From positions 2,166,515 to 2,230,514 of the forward strand of contig CBDDCL010000015.1 of the NCBI GenBank assembly GCA_965226245.1: a DNA stretch of 64,000 nucleotides, written 5' to 3'. The notes under the pieces are model-generated. The model was not told where the DNA came from, made no database searches, and worked only from the letters and a program-made list of their open reading frames with translations. Position numbers and translations under genes: made by a program. Shown here one piece after another: positions 28,224 to 37,300 of this stretch. The DNA is from Bryobacterales bacterium. GTDB taxonomy: Bacteria > Acidobacteriota > Terriglobia > Bryobacterales > UBA6623. The first letter of the stretch is position 1, and every line of letters begins with the position of its first letter.

Positions 28224-29183
28224 CTAGGCGTCTTCGACCTTGAGTTTTTGAATGTCCCATTGGTTTGTCCTCGCTTCGTAGCCTTTGACGAAAACTGCTT
28301 CTTCGGCGAATCGCCGTCCCTCGTGGCGCGTCATGTGAATCACCATGGCGATGCCGTCCACCACGCCTCTACAGGTTACTTCCCACGGTAGCTCCCCGCC
28401 GCCTTGCATGGCGCAACTGGCGATCCGGGATAGGGCGCTCGTTGCGTTGTTGGCGTGTACGGTCGTCAGTGATCCGCCGTGGCCGGTGTTGAGTGCTTGT
28501 AGGAGGTCCGCCGCCTCTCCGCCGCGAACCTCGCCCACGACGATGTGATCCGGGCGGTGACGTAGCGCGTGGCGGACTAGATCGCGGATCGTGACCGCGC
28601 CTTCTTGCAAACCGCGAGCCTCGAAGCGGACGCAATTCGACCGCTCGATGCGAAGCTCCAAGGTGTCCTCGATGGCAACTATTCGCTCATCATCGGGGAG
28701 AAGTTCGATAAGGGCATTGAGCAACGTGGTCTTGCCTGATCCGGTTCCGCCTGAAACTAGGATGTTGCGCCGGGACCGCAACACCCGCTCGGCTTCGGCC
28801 CGCACGTTTTCAGGGAGTGCGCCTTGCTTCACGAGGTCCGCCGCCGAGAACGCCCGCTTACCAAAGCGCCGCACGGTGATAGCGACTTGAGGACTGGCGG
28901 GCGGAACGCAGATGGCAACCCGCGATCCGTCATCGAGCCGGGCATCGACAATGGGAGAGGTCGCCGGGTCCAGTCCCAAAGGACGGGCGATATGGATAGC
29001 GGCCCGTTCCAGCGCCGCTTCGTCCAGGTCCGGCGCGGCGTGTGGGGCCAGCCGTCCGGCCCGCTCGATCCACACATTAGCGGGACCGTTAATCATGATC
29101 TCGCTCACTTCGGGATCTTCAAGGACGCTCTCTAAGCCCGGTAGAAAGGGTTTTAGGTGTTCCAGTCCGCTCGCGGCGCTCAT
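28224..29183 (-). CDS. virB11: VirB11/CpaF-family secretion ATPase
   Basis: GGTGSGKTT, IEDTLEL, RPDHIVVGEVRG and NTGHGGSLTTVHAN motifs. ATGA overlap with the virD4-like gene. Confidence 0.88.
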   Translation of the reverse strand: MSAASGLEHLKPFLPGLESVLEDPEVSEIMINGPANVWIERAGRLAPHAAPDLDEAALERAAIHIARPLGLDPATSPIVDARLDDGSRVAICVPPASPQVAITVRRFGKRAFSAADLVKQGALPENVRAEAERVLRSRRNILVSGGTGSGKTTLLNALIELLPDDERIVAIEDTLELRIERSNCVRFEARGLQEGAVTIRDLVRHALRHRPDHIVVGEVRGGEAADLLQALNTGHGGSLTTVHANNATSALSRIASCAMQGGGELPWEVTCRGVVDGIAMVIHMTRHEGRRFAEEAVFVKGYEARTNQWDIQKLKVEDA

Positions 29184-31852
29184 ATTTGGCCCGCCTCTTT
29201 CGCTCTCCAATAGGAGTGTTCGGCTGGTAGATAGTGCGGCTTGAGGTAGACGCGGCGCGGCTCAAGCGACTGCGCCCCGTCATAGGGCAAACAGATTGCT
29301 TGACAGTTCGAGAGTAAGGCGAAGTCTCGCGGGTGAAACACGGCCTCGCGCTGCTCCCGGAATGATTTGGTCGCGCCCATGCTCCCGCCTCCGCCTCCGG
29401 CCCGTCCTGAGAGCGGGGAGACTTCCGAGCGTTTGGAGGTCTCGCTGATGGTGTAAGATTCCTTGATCTTCGCCACCTGGCCGCACAACTCCGACGCGAT
29501 CTTGGCGGATGCGTCATCACTCAGCGATAAGAAAATGCGAGTACGGAGCGTCTGCAACAGCGACCGCCACGCTTCCGAGCTTCCCAAGACGGCCCGCAAC
29601 GAGGAAATAGATTGCGTGGCGACAATCGGGATGCAGCGGCATTGCCGGGTCAGCGCAAAGGATTTTTCATCGCCTGATGGGTCTTCCTCGCCCACTGAAG
29701 CGAAGGCTTGATATTCGTCACAGATAAAGACGGCGGGCCGAAAGTAGCTGCCCGGATTCGCCTTCATCTGAGCCGGTCGCATGAGAAGCGCTTGTAACCA
29801 AGCGTTCTTGAGCATCACGCCCACGGCGCGGGATAGCGCCGGGTTGATACCAGCGGGCATATTCAAGGCCAGCACCTTGCCCTGCTCGATCAACTGATAG
29901 ATCGGCGGTAGCTGGCGTGTGATCGGGGCTTCCTCTTGGGTAGGGGGTTGGTTGCTCTCGGTTGAGGGGTCGGGTGTCTGAGGGGTCTTGTCGTCCGGCT
30001 CCGTCTCCGTTATGATCCACGCCGCCTCCTTCGCCTTGACTGGTTTCGGTTCCGCCTCCTGGGGCGGGTTGTCGTCCGGCTCCGCCGCCGCCTTCGCCTG
30101 CGGCTCCGGCTGTGCCGCTTTGACCGGCTCCGGTTCCGCCTCCGGCTCCGGCTGTGCCGCTTTGACCGGCTCCGGTTCCGCCGCCTTCACCGTCTCCGGC
30201 TTTCTCGCGGTCTTTGGCTTCTTCCGCGCCTTTGGCTCGCCTCCCCATGTGTATCTGATCTCCGCCGCCTGGGGGGTCTTGTCGTCCGGCTCCGCTGCCT
30301 CCGCCTCCGCTTCCGGCTTCGGTTCCGCCTTCGGCTCCGCGTTGTCCGCCGCCGCGTCCTTCTTCGCTTTGAGGCGCTTGATTTGGGCTTGCAAGATGAT
30401 GGCTTGAGGATCGTCGGTGATGTACGGCGCGGGGAGACAAAACACCCTCGCCACGTCCGGCATATCGAACATGGAAAGGAACACCGAAACGCCCTCGACA
30501 ATCGAGGACTTGATCTTGTTGTCTAGGTTTTGCCAGTCGTGGACAAACCAGCGCTTGATGGCCTCGACGCGCTCTCTGGTATCTTTGCCGGGTCCAGATT
30601 CCCAGACGATTTCATGGGTGATTTTGAGTTCTTCGAGCTTCGCTTTGAGCGGGCGGGTGTGGACGGCTTGGTGCTGTTGGCCTCCCGGTGTACGGGTCCA
30701 GTTCCATTGTTCAAGATGTGTGAGTTGGGGTACCAGTGCGTCCGCCTCGACGAAAATGGTCCCTGTGTTGAGGTCGTCGCTCAGCTTCTCCGCCGCCTCG
30801 ATCTTGGACGCGAATAGCTCCGGCTCGATGGCACAACGGTAGACCTGTTGCAACGTCACCCATCGGTCCGGGAATACGCGGTGAAGCTCGATGATCCAGC
30901 GGACCAGATTGGTATAGGCTTGCTGCCAGAAGGGTTCCTTGCCCTTGCCGAACAACTGATTGAGCAAGCTCGAAACGGTGTAGGCAAGCGAGTACGAATC
31001 GAGCCACCAAGCCGAGAGCGGATTCCATTGAGAACGGGAGTCCATGCCAATCTCGATGTAGTCTTCTCCACGGCCCGCCTCGACGAGGATTTGGCGGATG
31101 TCGTGACAGAAATCTCCCTTGACTTCGAGCACCAGCGCCGCCGCCCGCATGTGCGGATTATGCGCTTGCCAGCCGAGAAGCTGGCGGGCAAACGGATTCA
31201 TGCAAGCCGAGGTTTTCCCTGATCCCACGGCTCCGAAGATCGCCACGCCGGTATACAGTCCGCGCTCCGGGATGGTGAGCCATGAGGGACTGAAAATCTC
31301 CCGCGCCTCGATGGGGTGATGGACCTCCCCGATAACGATGGCCGGAGCCTGTTGGTCCGCTGAAAGCGGCCACGGTGGGAGCTTGGCGAAGGGCGCGAAA
31401 TCGCGCCGCCGTCCTTCTAGCCAGACCTTCCAAATGGTGACGGAAATAACTCCGCACAGCATCACGACAACGAAGGGCGAAAGGTAGTACCAGACCAGCA
31501 TGGCCGTGAAAACATCGGGCGTGTGATATTGCACCAAAGCAAGGATCGGGTGCTCATCAAACGACGGGAAGGGACGCCGTACAAAGCTCCACACGGCATA
31601 CCACAGACCGCCGAAAAAAAAGAGCAGCAGGGGCGGAAGCCCGACAACGAATTGTACGACGCGAAACACCGTCCAGCCGAACAACATGAGACCTTGAAAG
31701 ACGCGCCATCCGGCCCAACCCAACAGCACGAAACCTTGCACGACCAGCCAGCCGAGGACGGCGAAAACCCGGATCGGGTTTTTCCAGTTCATCGGGCCAG
31801 CGGGCCGGTGCCAAAGCTCCTGAAGATTAGGGCCGATTTCGCGCCACTTCAT
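29180..31852 (-). CDS. virD4: VirD4/TraD-like type IV coupling protein with internal Pro/Ala/Glu/Lys-rich insert
   Basis: N-terminal TM segments, Walker A GAVGSGKT, Walker B ICDEYQ and ATQS motif. Confidence 0.85.
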   Translation of the reverse strand: MKWREIGPNLQELWHRPAGPMNWKNPIRVFAVLGWLVVQGFVLLGWAGWRVFQGLMLFGWTVFRVVQFVVGLPPLLLFFFGGLWYAVWSFVRRPFPSFDEHPILALVQYHTPDVFTAMLVWYYLSPFVVVMLCGVISVTIWKVWLEGRRRDFAPFAKLPPWPLSADQQAPAIVIGEVHHPIEAREIFSPSWLTIPERGLYTGVAIFGAVGSGKTSACMNPFARQLLGWQAHNPHMRAAALVLEVKGDFCHDIRQILVEAGRGEDYIEIGMDSRSQWNPLSAWWLDSYSLAYTVSSLLNQLFGKGKEPFWQQAYTNLVRWIIELHRVFPDRWVTLQQVYRCAIEPELFASKIEAAEKLSDDLNTGTIFVEADALVPQLTHLEQWNWTRTPGGQQHQAVHTRPLKAKLEELKITHEIVWESGPGKDTRERVEAIKRWFVHDWQNLDNKIKSSIVEGVSVFLSMFDMPDVARVFCLPAPYITDDPQAIILQAQIKRLKAKKDAAADNAEPKAEPKPEAEAEAAEPDDKTPQAAEIRYTWGGEPKARKKPKTARKPETVKAAEPEPVKAAQPEPEAEPEPVKAAQPEPQAKAAAEPDDNPPQEAEPKPVKAKEAAWIITETEPDDKTPQTPDPSTESNQPPTQEEAPITRQLPPIYQLIEQGKVLALNMPAGINPALSRAVGVMLKNAWLQALLMRPAQMKANPGSYFRPAVFICDEYQAFASVGEEDPSGDEKSFALTRQCRCIPIVATQSISSLRAVLGSSEAWRSLLQTLRTRIFLSLSDDASAKIASELCGQVAKIKESYTISETSKRSEVSPLSGRAGGGGGSMGATKSFREQREAVFHPRDFALLSNCQAICLPYDGAQSLEPRRVYLKPHYLPAEHSYWRAKEAGQI

Positions 31853-31922
31853 AGGTCCGTCTCCGTGCTTTCAGCGCCGCTCCTGGGGGGTTGTTCTGAG
31901 CCTTCCCGCAGGGATAAATGAG

Positions 31923-32021
31923 GACGAGAGCGACCCCCTGAGGCCGGAGTAGAGACACGGTACAGCGTGTCTCTACGAAAGGCCGCAGGTCCCCCCGCTT
32001 TTTGGGGGGGTCGCTCTCGTC
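31923..32021. other. Nested inverted repeats (oriT-like candidate)
   Basis: 16-bp outer IR (31923-31938/32006-32021) encloses an 11-bp hairpin (31949-31959/31966-31976). Confidence 0.5.
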
Positions 32022-32210
32022 TTTCTCACTCGCCCGCGTCCGAAGCGATCCGGGCCGCTTCAAAGCGGCTAACCACGGCGGAATGAGGCACATAGAGGAA
32101 AGCGGCTTCGCCGCATTTCTCGATTTAAGCGTGCGACACCCCCCCCCTCTGAGCGTGTCACAATCTGCATGGGGCGTTGTACCATAAAAAAATGGCCTAT
32201 TTCCCGTCTC

Positions 32211-33164
32211 TCAGCCGCTCTCATCTCGCTCCGCAAACCGCACGGCCCGCCATGTCGAATAGTCGTCAATCGAGACTGCTCCGGTAGCTCCGTTAGCTTC
32301 GGGTTCGGGGGGCATTCTCATGAGTGCTGCCGCCCGTTTCATGGCTAACGGTTCTCCGCCGTAAGGGATGAAAAACTCCGTGTTGTTTTGGATTATCGCG
32401 TCTTGGATGGCCTTGATTTCCTGGTTCACCGTCAGTCCTTTATCGGGTGTCCCTGGCTCCGCCGCCGCCCATGTTTGAAGCACTCGCGCCGTCCGGTCCA
32501 CGGTGGCATTTTCAACCGCAATTCCGATTACCCGAACCTGCCGCCCCTTCTTGCGAAGCGCATCCCAAAGCGGCCCATGCACGGCTCCCCACGAGTGGAG
32601 TTCACTATCCGTCTGGTTGCCCGGATCGACGTAGACAAAGGTGATGGTTTCAGGGTCCACGGCAAGAGGCAGTTTAAGGGCAAAGTAGCGCTTTTGGTTA
32701 GCCGCCACACCGTAGTAAATCCGGCGCGGAAGCAAGCGGAGCGGCAAGCCGAGCTTCTCAAAAAACTCGACCTTCTCCGGCTCGGCGGGGAGCCAATTCA
32801 TAGCTGGATGTTGCAGCACAAAATCCAGCGATAAAAGCCGCCGTATGAGAACAGGCTTTTTGGCCTTTCGCCGGTGACGGATGTTCTCGACGCCTAGCGC
32901 CCGGTAGATGGCGTTGCTCGATATGCGGCACGGTCTAGCGCCCCCGGAGAACATGAAGTTTTCGTTTTCGACCGCCGCTCGGCGCTCTATCAATGTCTCG
33001 ACGAATCGTTGCGCCCGTTGACGACCCGTACTGAAATAATCACAGAACTGCCCCCGCGTGAATACGCCGCTGTGAAGACACACCAGCGCGATCCATTCCG
33101 CGTCCGGGCCGGTCCATCCGAGCGGTTCCAGCTTGCAATCTCTTCCCCGTAAATGCTCGATCAT
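32211..33164 (-). CDS. Uncharacterised T4SS-associated protein (wHTH-like N-terminus; possible relaxase-like)
   Basis: Long ORF translationally coupled to the virB8-like gene (ATGA). No canonical HUH relaxase motif is visible. Confidence 0.7.
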   Translation of the reverse strand: MIEHLRGRDCKLEPLGWTGPDAEWIALVCLHSGVFTRGQFCDYFSTGRQRAQRFVETLIERRAAVENENFMFSGGARPCRISSNAIYRALGVENIRHRRKAKKPVLIRRLLSLDFVLQHPAMNWLPAEPEKVEFFEKLGLPLRLLPRRIYYGVAANQKRYFALKLPLAVDPETITFVYVDPGNQTDSELHSWGAVHGPLWDALRKKGRQVRVIGIAVENATVDRTARVLQTWAAAEPGTPDKGLTVNQEIKAIQDAIIQNNTEFFIPYGGEPLAMKRAAALMRMPPEPEANGATGAVSIDDYSTWRAVRFAERDESG

Positions 33165-33787
33165 AATTGATCTCCGGTGACGGTGGCCCGGTCGCCTTGC
33201 AAGTAGGTGATGACGATTCCCATGGGGTTGAACACGATCAACTCCGTGGGGATTTGGTGGAGGAACTGGAATTGAAGCGAGAGCGTCCAGCGTTCCCGGC
33301 CCACTTCGTTTTCCATCTCCATTCGCACAATGTCAAAATCGGCGGTGGCGCTGTGCGGCTGCTGAGGGTTGGGTTGAATCCTCAAAATGACGCGGGCGAC
33401 TTGCAATTCTCCCCGCGCCACGCCCGCCGCGAGAAGGGCGACATTTTGGCTCTCGGTGCGAAACGAGGCATTGGCGAGTGGCGTGCTGAGGAAGCGCAAG
33501 CTGCGGGACCAGTTCTGTGCGACCGTGGCCCGCCGCCGCGAGTAGAAGTCATAGATAAAGCGGTTGAGGAAATACTTGGTGGTGGGGTCCAGCGGGTCGG
33601 CCTGGGCCTCCATCACTTTGTAGGCGACGGCCTCGGCCCGCCCGACTTCATCAACCCTGACGACGATGGGACGAGGCGGCTCAACCGAAACAATGCGGAA
33701 GACGACGAGGATGAGCAAAAGCACTGCGATAGCCAGCCCAACAGATATCACCCGTAGATGACGGTTGGTGTGGATGGTTTCGCCCCA
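33161..33787 (-). pseudogene. VirB8/TrbF-like protein, 5'-truncated by IS copy 3
   Basis: Single TM followed by PIVVRVDEVGRAEAV and YFLNRFI..FYS. The frame is open to the IS boundary and hits a stop inside the TIR. Confidence 0.7.
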
Positions 33788-34814
33788 ATGGGGTATTTAG
33801 TTGACTCCAGTAGCCACAATATGTTGTGGTTGGGGGCATGAAGGAGGACTACCCCCGAAACCTCGTCGAGTTGGAAGCTCGATTCTCGACCGAGGAGGCG
33901 TGCCGGGAGTACCTGCTGAAGCTGCGCTGGCCGGAGGGGTTCGTGTGCCCGCGCTGTGGGATCCAGTCCTCATGGGCCAGCAAACGCAATCTGCTGCTCT
34001 GCGCCGACTGCGGTTACCAGGCCTCGGTGACGGCGGGCACGATTTTCCAGGACACCCGCAAGCCCTTGACGTTGTGGTTCCGGGCGGCTTGGTGGGTGAC
34101 AACGCAAAAAGGCGGGGCCAGCGCGCTGGAGTTGCAGCGGGTCTTGGGTTTGGGTAGCTATGTAACCGCCTGGACCTGGCTGCACAAGTTCCGCCGCGCC
34201 ATGGTGCGCCCCGGTCGCAATCGGCTGGTCGGCCGGGTGGAGGTGGACGAAACGTATGTGGGCGGAGTCGAAGAGGGCGTCCGAGGTCGCGAAATGGTTG
34301 GCAAAGCGTTAGTTGCGGTTGCTGCCGAGGAGGATGGGCGCGGTATGGGTCGCATCCGGCTCCGTCGGATCGCGGATGCCTCAGCGGCGAGCTTGGAAGC
34401 CTTTGTCGAAGAAGCTATCCAACCTGGCAGCCTCGTGCACACCGACGGCTGGGAAGGCTATGCGGGATTGGAGAACAAAGGATACCGCCATGAAGTCACC
34501 GTGCTGCGCGGGAAGCGGCAATCGGCGAGTAAGCTGCTGCCGAGAGTCCATCGTGTCGCCTCTCTGCTAAAGCGCTGGCTGTTGGGGACCCACCAGGGGG
34601 CTGTCAGTCACGAGTATTTGGACTACTACCTGGACGAGTTCACGTTCCGCTTCAACCGGCGGACCTCACGGTCGCGCGGCAAACTTTTCTATCGCCTCCT
34701 CCAGCAGGCGGTCGCCGCCGACCCTGCTCCCTATAAGACAATGGTCGAGGCCACCAGGGCCGGCACCCCCACCCCCAAGATGTAGTGGCTACTGGAGTCA
34801 ACTAAATACCCCAT
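33788..34814 (+). mobile_element. IS1595-family IS, copy 3 (transposase 33826-34785)
   Basis: Same TIRs and same protein as copy 1, opposite orientation. Confidence 0.95.
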
Positions 34815-34823
34815 TCGGAGAGT

Positions 34824-36812
34824 ATGTCTCAACTTGCTCCCGTGAGTACACAAGAAGCAACGACTACGGACAGTGCCGGACAAGCAGGCTCGCCGGATAG
34901 GGAAGGGCAAGCTTCAACAACACCTTCTGAGATGGCCCAAACCATCCCTCAAGCCGTGAAGCAAGAACTGCGAGACTCAAAACTCGATGAAATTCTTCAG
35001 CGTTGGACCGAGACCCAGCAGCAAATCGCGGAGTTGAAGGCGAATGTGTCCGAACAACACGCTGAGCTTGCGGCCGCAAAGGAGACGCTGTCGCGGTTGT
35101 GTGCGGAGACTGAAACAGCCCAGCAGTTGCAAGCCAGTAGAGTTGACTCCATACTGGAGCGCCTGGCGGTGCATGAGGCTGAGCTTCCAAAGTTGAACTC
35201 TATCGAGGATCTCTCGGGGAAGAAAAATGGAGTAGTTCAGCGCCTCGACCTGCTATCGAAAGTCTCAGGTTCGGCCTATGAAGTAGAGAAGCATCGTCAG
35301 ACCGCGGAGCCCGTTCCCGATCAGACCGAAGCTCCCCAAACGTCCGCGGAAAAGGGGGCGGCCGAGCTTGCGGCCAGCAGTGGCTCTACTCCGCCAGAAA
35401 GTCCCGCCGGGATCGCAGAAGAGGAACCGGAAGTTGAGCCAGCGGGCGCACCGCCCGCGAGGCAACGGTGGATTTCGAGCCGTGTCTTGAAGCTGGCGGC
35501 CGCCTGCGTGGCCGTTGTCCTGGCCATTGCAGTCGCTTACTGGATCTCCTCCGACGGCTCCTTCCAACAGGCCTCGAAGGTTGCCGCCTCGACGATTGCT
35601 CCAGAGACCCATGTAGCCGTTCCTCTGCGAGGAGTTGTCTTGGACGAAGGCACCGGAGGTCCAATCACGCATGCGACCCTCTATAGCGGCGGCGTGGAAG
35701 TAACAACCAATGCGCGGGGAGAGTTTGAACTACCCTCCGGCGTCCTCCGCGGGTCATTGGGGGTGAAAGCCGCCGGCTACCGGCAACGAACGCTGGAGCG
35801 GCTTGAAGATCCGCTCACGGTCCGCCTGGAGGCGATTCAGGTCAAGGCGATCTACGTCAGCCAATCCCGGATGGCTCACCCGGAGGGGTACCGGGCTATC
35901 CGCGAGCTGCTCGACGAGACGCCATTGAACACCCTGGTTGTTGCCGTCAAGTCGCCCCGCGGAAGGCTCATCCTGCCCGTCGAGTCCCCAGTGGCTGAGC
36001 AGCTTGGCGCTTACCGGCCTGACTGGCCGGGCAGCCTCGCGGAAGAGATTCGGTCTTTGAAAGAACAGGGGGTCTACACGATCGCGTATATCGCGGCGTT
36101 CCGCGACGACCTGGTGGCTCGGGGCAAGCCGGAGCTGGCGCTGAAGAGCCTCAAGACGCACCAGCCCGTTCGGGACGTCTCCGGTCTCGGATGGACCAAT
36201 CCGGCTCTGAAGGCGGTGCGGGATTACAACCTTGCGGTAGCCAAGGCTGCCGCTGAGGCGGGTTTCGATGAGATTCAATTTGACTTCGTTCGCTACCCCG
36301 TGAGCCGCTTGAGTGCGGAAGGTACGGACGCGGCGGAACGTCAGCGCCGCCTGCAGGCTGTGGTTGAATTTCTCCGCGCCGCCAATCGAACGCTGGCCCC
36401 CTACAACGTTTATGTGAGCGCCACCATGTTTGGTTCGTCGTGCGACATGCAGCGGGTCAGTCTTGTCGGCCAGAAGCTCGAGGAATTCGCCGCCGCGGTC
36501 GATTACGTCTGCCCGATGCTCTATCCCTCCGCGTTCGCTTCGAGCGCGAGTTTCCCAGACCCGTTGAAGCGTTCCTACGAGCTGGTTGAGCAGAACCTCA
36601 GGACGGCGGCCGGGCGTTTAGGGGGGCAGAGCTACAAACTCCGCCCCTGGCTGCAGAACTTTGCACCGGCGGGATCTTCCGTGCGTGCGATCGACGCAGA
36701 GACCATCGCCTCGCAGATCCGGGCGGCTGTGGACTCGCGCTCCAGCGGTTGGATGCTGTGGGACCGCACGAGCCGCTATCCCAACACGCGCGAGGCGCTG
36801 TCGATCCCGTAA
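34824..36812 (+). CDS. 3' part of the interrupted gene: coiled coil, TM helix, carboxypeptidase-regulatory-like domain, DUF4015-type putative glycoside hydrolase
   Basis: KAIYVS, GVYTIAYIAAFRD, GFDEIQFDFVRYP, DYVCPMLYPS, LRPWLQNF and GWMLWD motifs. In frame with the PilZ part across the TSD. Confidence 0.82.
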   Translation: MSQLAPVSTQEATTTDSAGQAGSPDREGQASTTPSEMAQTIPQAVKQELRDSKLDEILQRWTETQQQIAELKANVSEQHAELAAAKETLSRLCAETETAQQLQASRVDSILERLAVHEAELPKLNSIEDLSGKKNGVVQRLDLLSKVSGSAYEVEKHRQTAEPVPDQTEAPQTSAEKGAAELAASSGSTPPESPAGIAEEEPEVEPAGAPPARQRWISSRVLKLAAACVAVVLAIAVAYWISSDGSFQQASKVAASTIAPETHVAVPLRGVVLDEGTGGPITHATLYSGGVEVTTNARGEFELPSGVLRGSLGVKAAGYRQRTLERLEDPLTVRLEAIQVKAIYVSQSRMAHPEGYRAIRELLDETPLNTLVVAVKSPRGRLILPVESPVAEQLGAYRPDWPGSLAEEIRSLKEQGVYTIAYIAAFRDDLVARGKPELALKSLKTHQPVRDVSGLGWTNPALKAVRDYNLAVAKAAAEAGFDEIQFDFVRYPVSRLSAEGTDAAERQRRLQAVVEFLRAANRTLAPYNVYVSATMFGSSCDMQRVSLVGQKLEEFAAAVDYVCPMLYPSAFASSASFPDPLKRSYELVEQNLRTAAGRLGGQSYKLRPWLQNFAPAGSSVRAIDAETIASQIRAAVDSRSSGWMLWDRTSRYPNTREALSIP

Positions 36813-37034
36813 GCCGGGCTTTGTCCTCCAGGGACCGCGCTTGCGAGCAGCTCAGGTCGGCGGACTCGATTGTGTACTCGCCTGCTCGCCTTCCTGGGAG
36901 TTCGCTCCTTCCGTGGCCGGAATCGGCACGTTGCAGGAGGCTGCGGAGGTCCAGGGCACCAAGTTGTCCTCACTTCAGACTCGCTGCTGCGGGGGGACTT
37001 AGAGCTCGTCAACCCAAGGCGTTCCGCACAACGA

Positions 37035-37300
37035 TAACTAATGGTAACAAGCACTTTCCACCAGCTAACCAATCCTATCACGGCCAAGGCCCTGAGTCGA
37101 GTCGGTTTTCGGCCTTTTCGGTGACGGCTGGGAAGGCTCCGACGGCTGATTGCTGGATGGAGAGTTATTTTTCGACAGTTATCCGACGACCCTCATTCTC
37201 GGTGGCGCCTGCCAGAGTCTTGTTGTGCGTGATGGTTTGGCGGATCATCGGTTGCGTCCCAGACCCTGAGCAAATTGATGCCGCTGAATGACTGCCACGA
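37035..37300. repeat. ~270-bp dispersed repeat, inverted copy at 58840-59105
   Basis: Core 37147-37296 aligns with the reverse complement of 58842-58992. CCTGAGTCGAGTCGGTTTTCG occurs at 37091-37111 and (reverse complement) 59028-59048. Confidence 0.88.

Larger units (their letters stand above)
24535..34814. mobile_element. Composite transposon bounded by inverted IS1595 copies
   Basis: Identical 8-bp flanks TCGGAGAG at 24527-24534 and 34815-34822. The inner flanks differ from each other. Confidence 0.88.
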
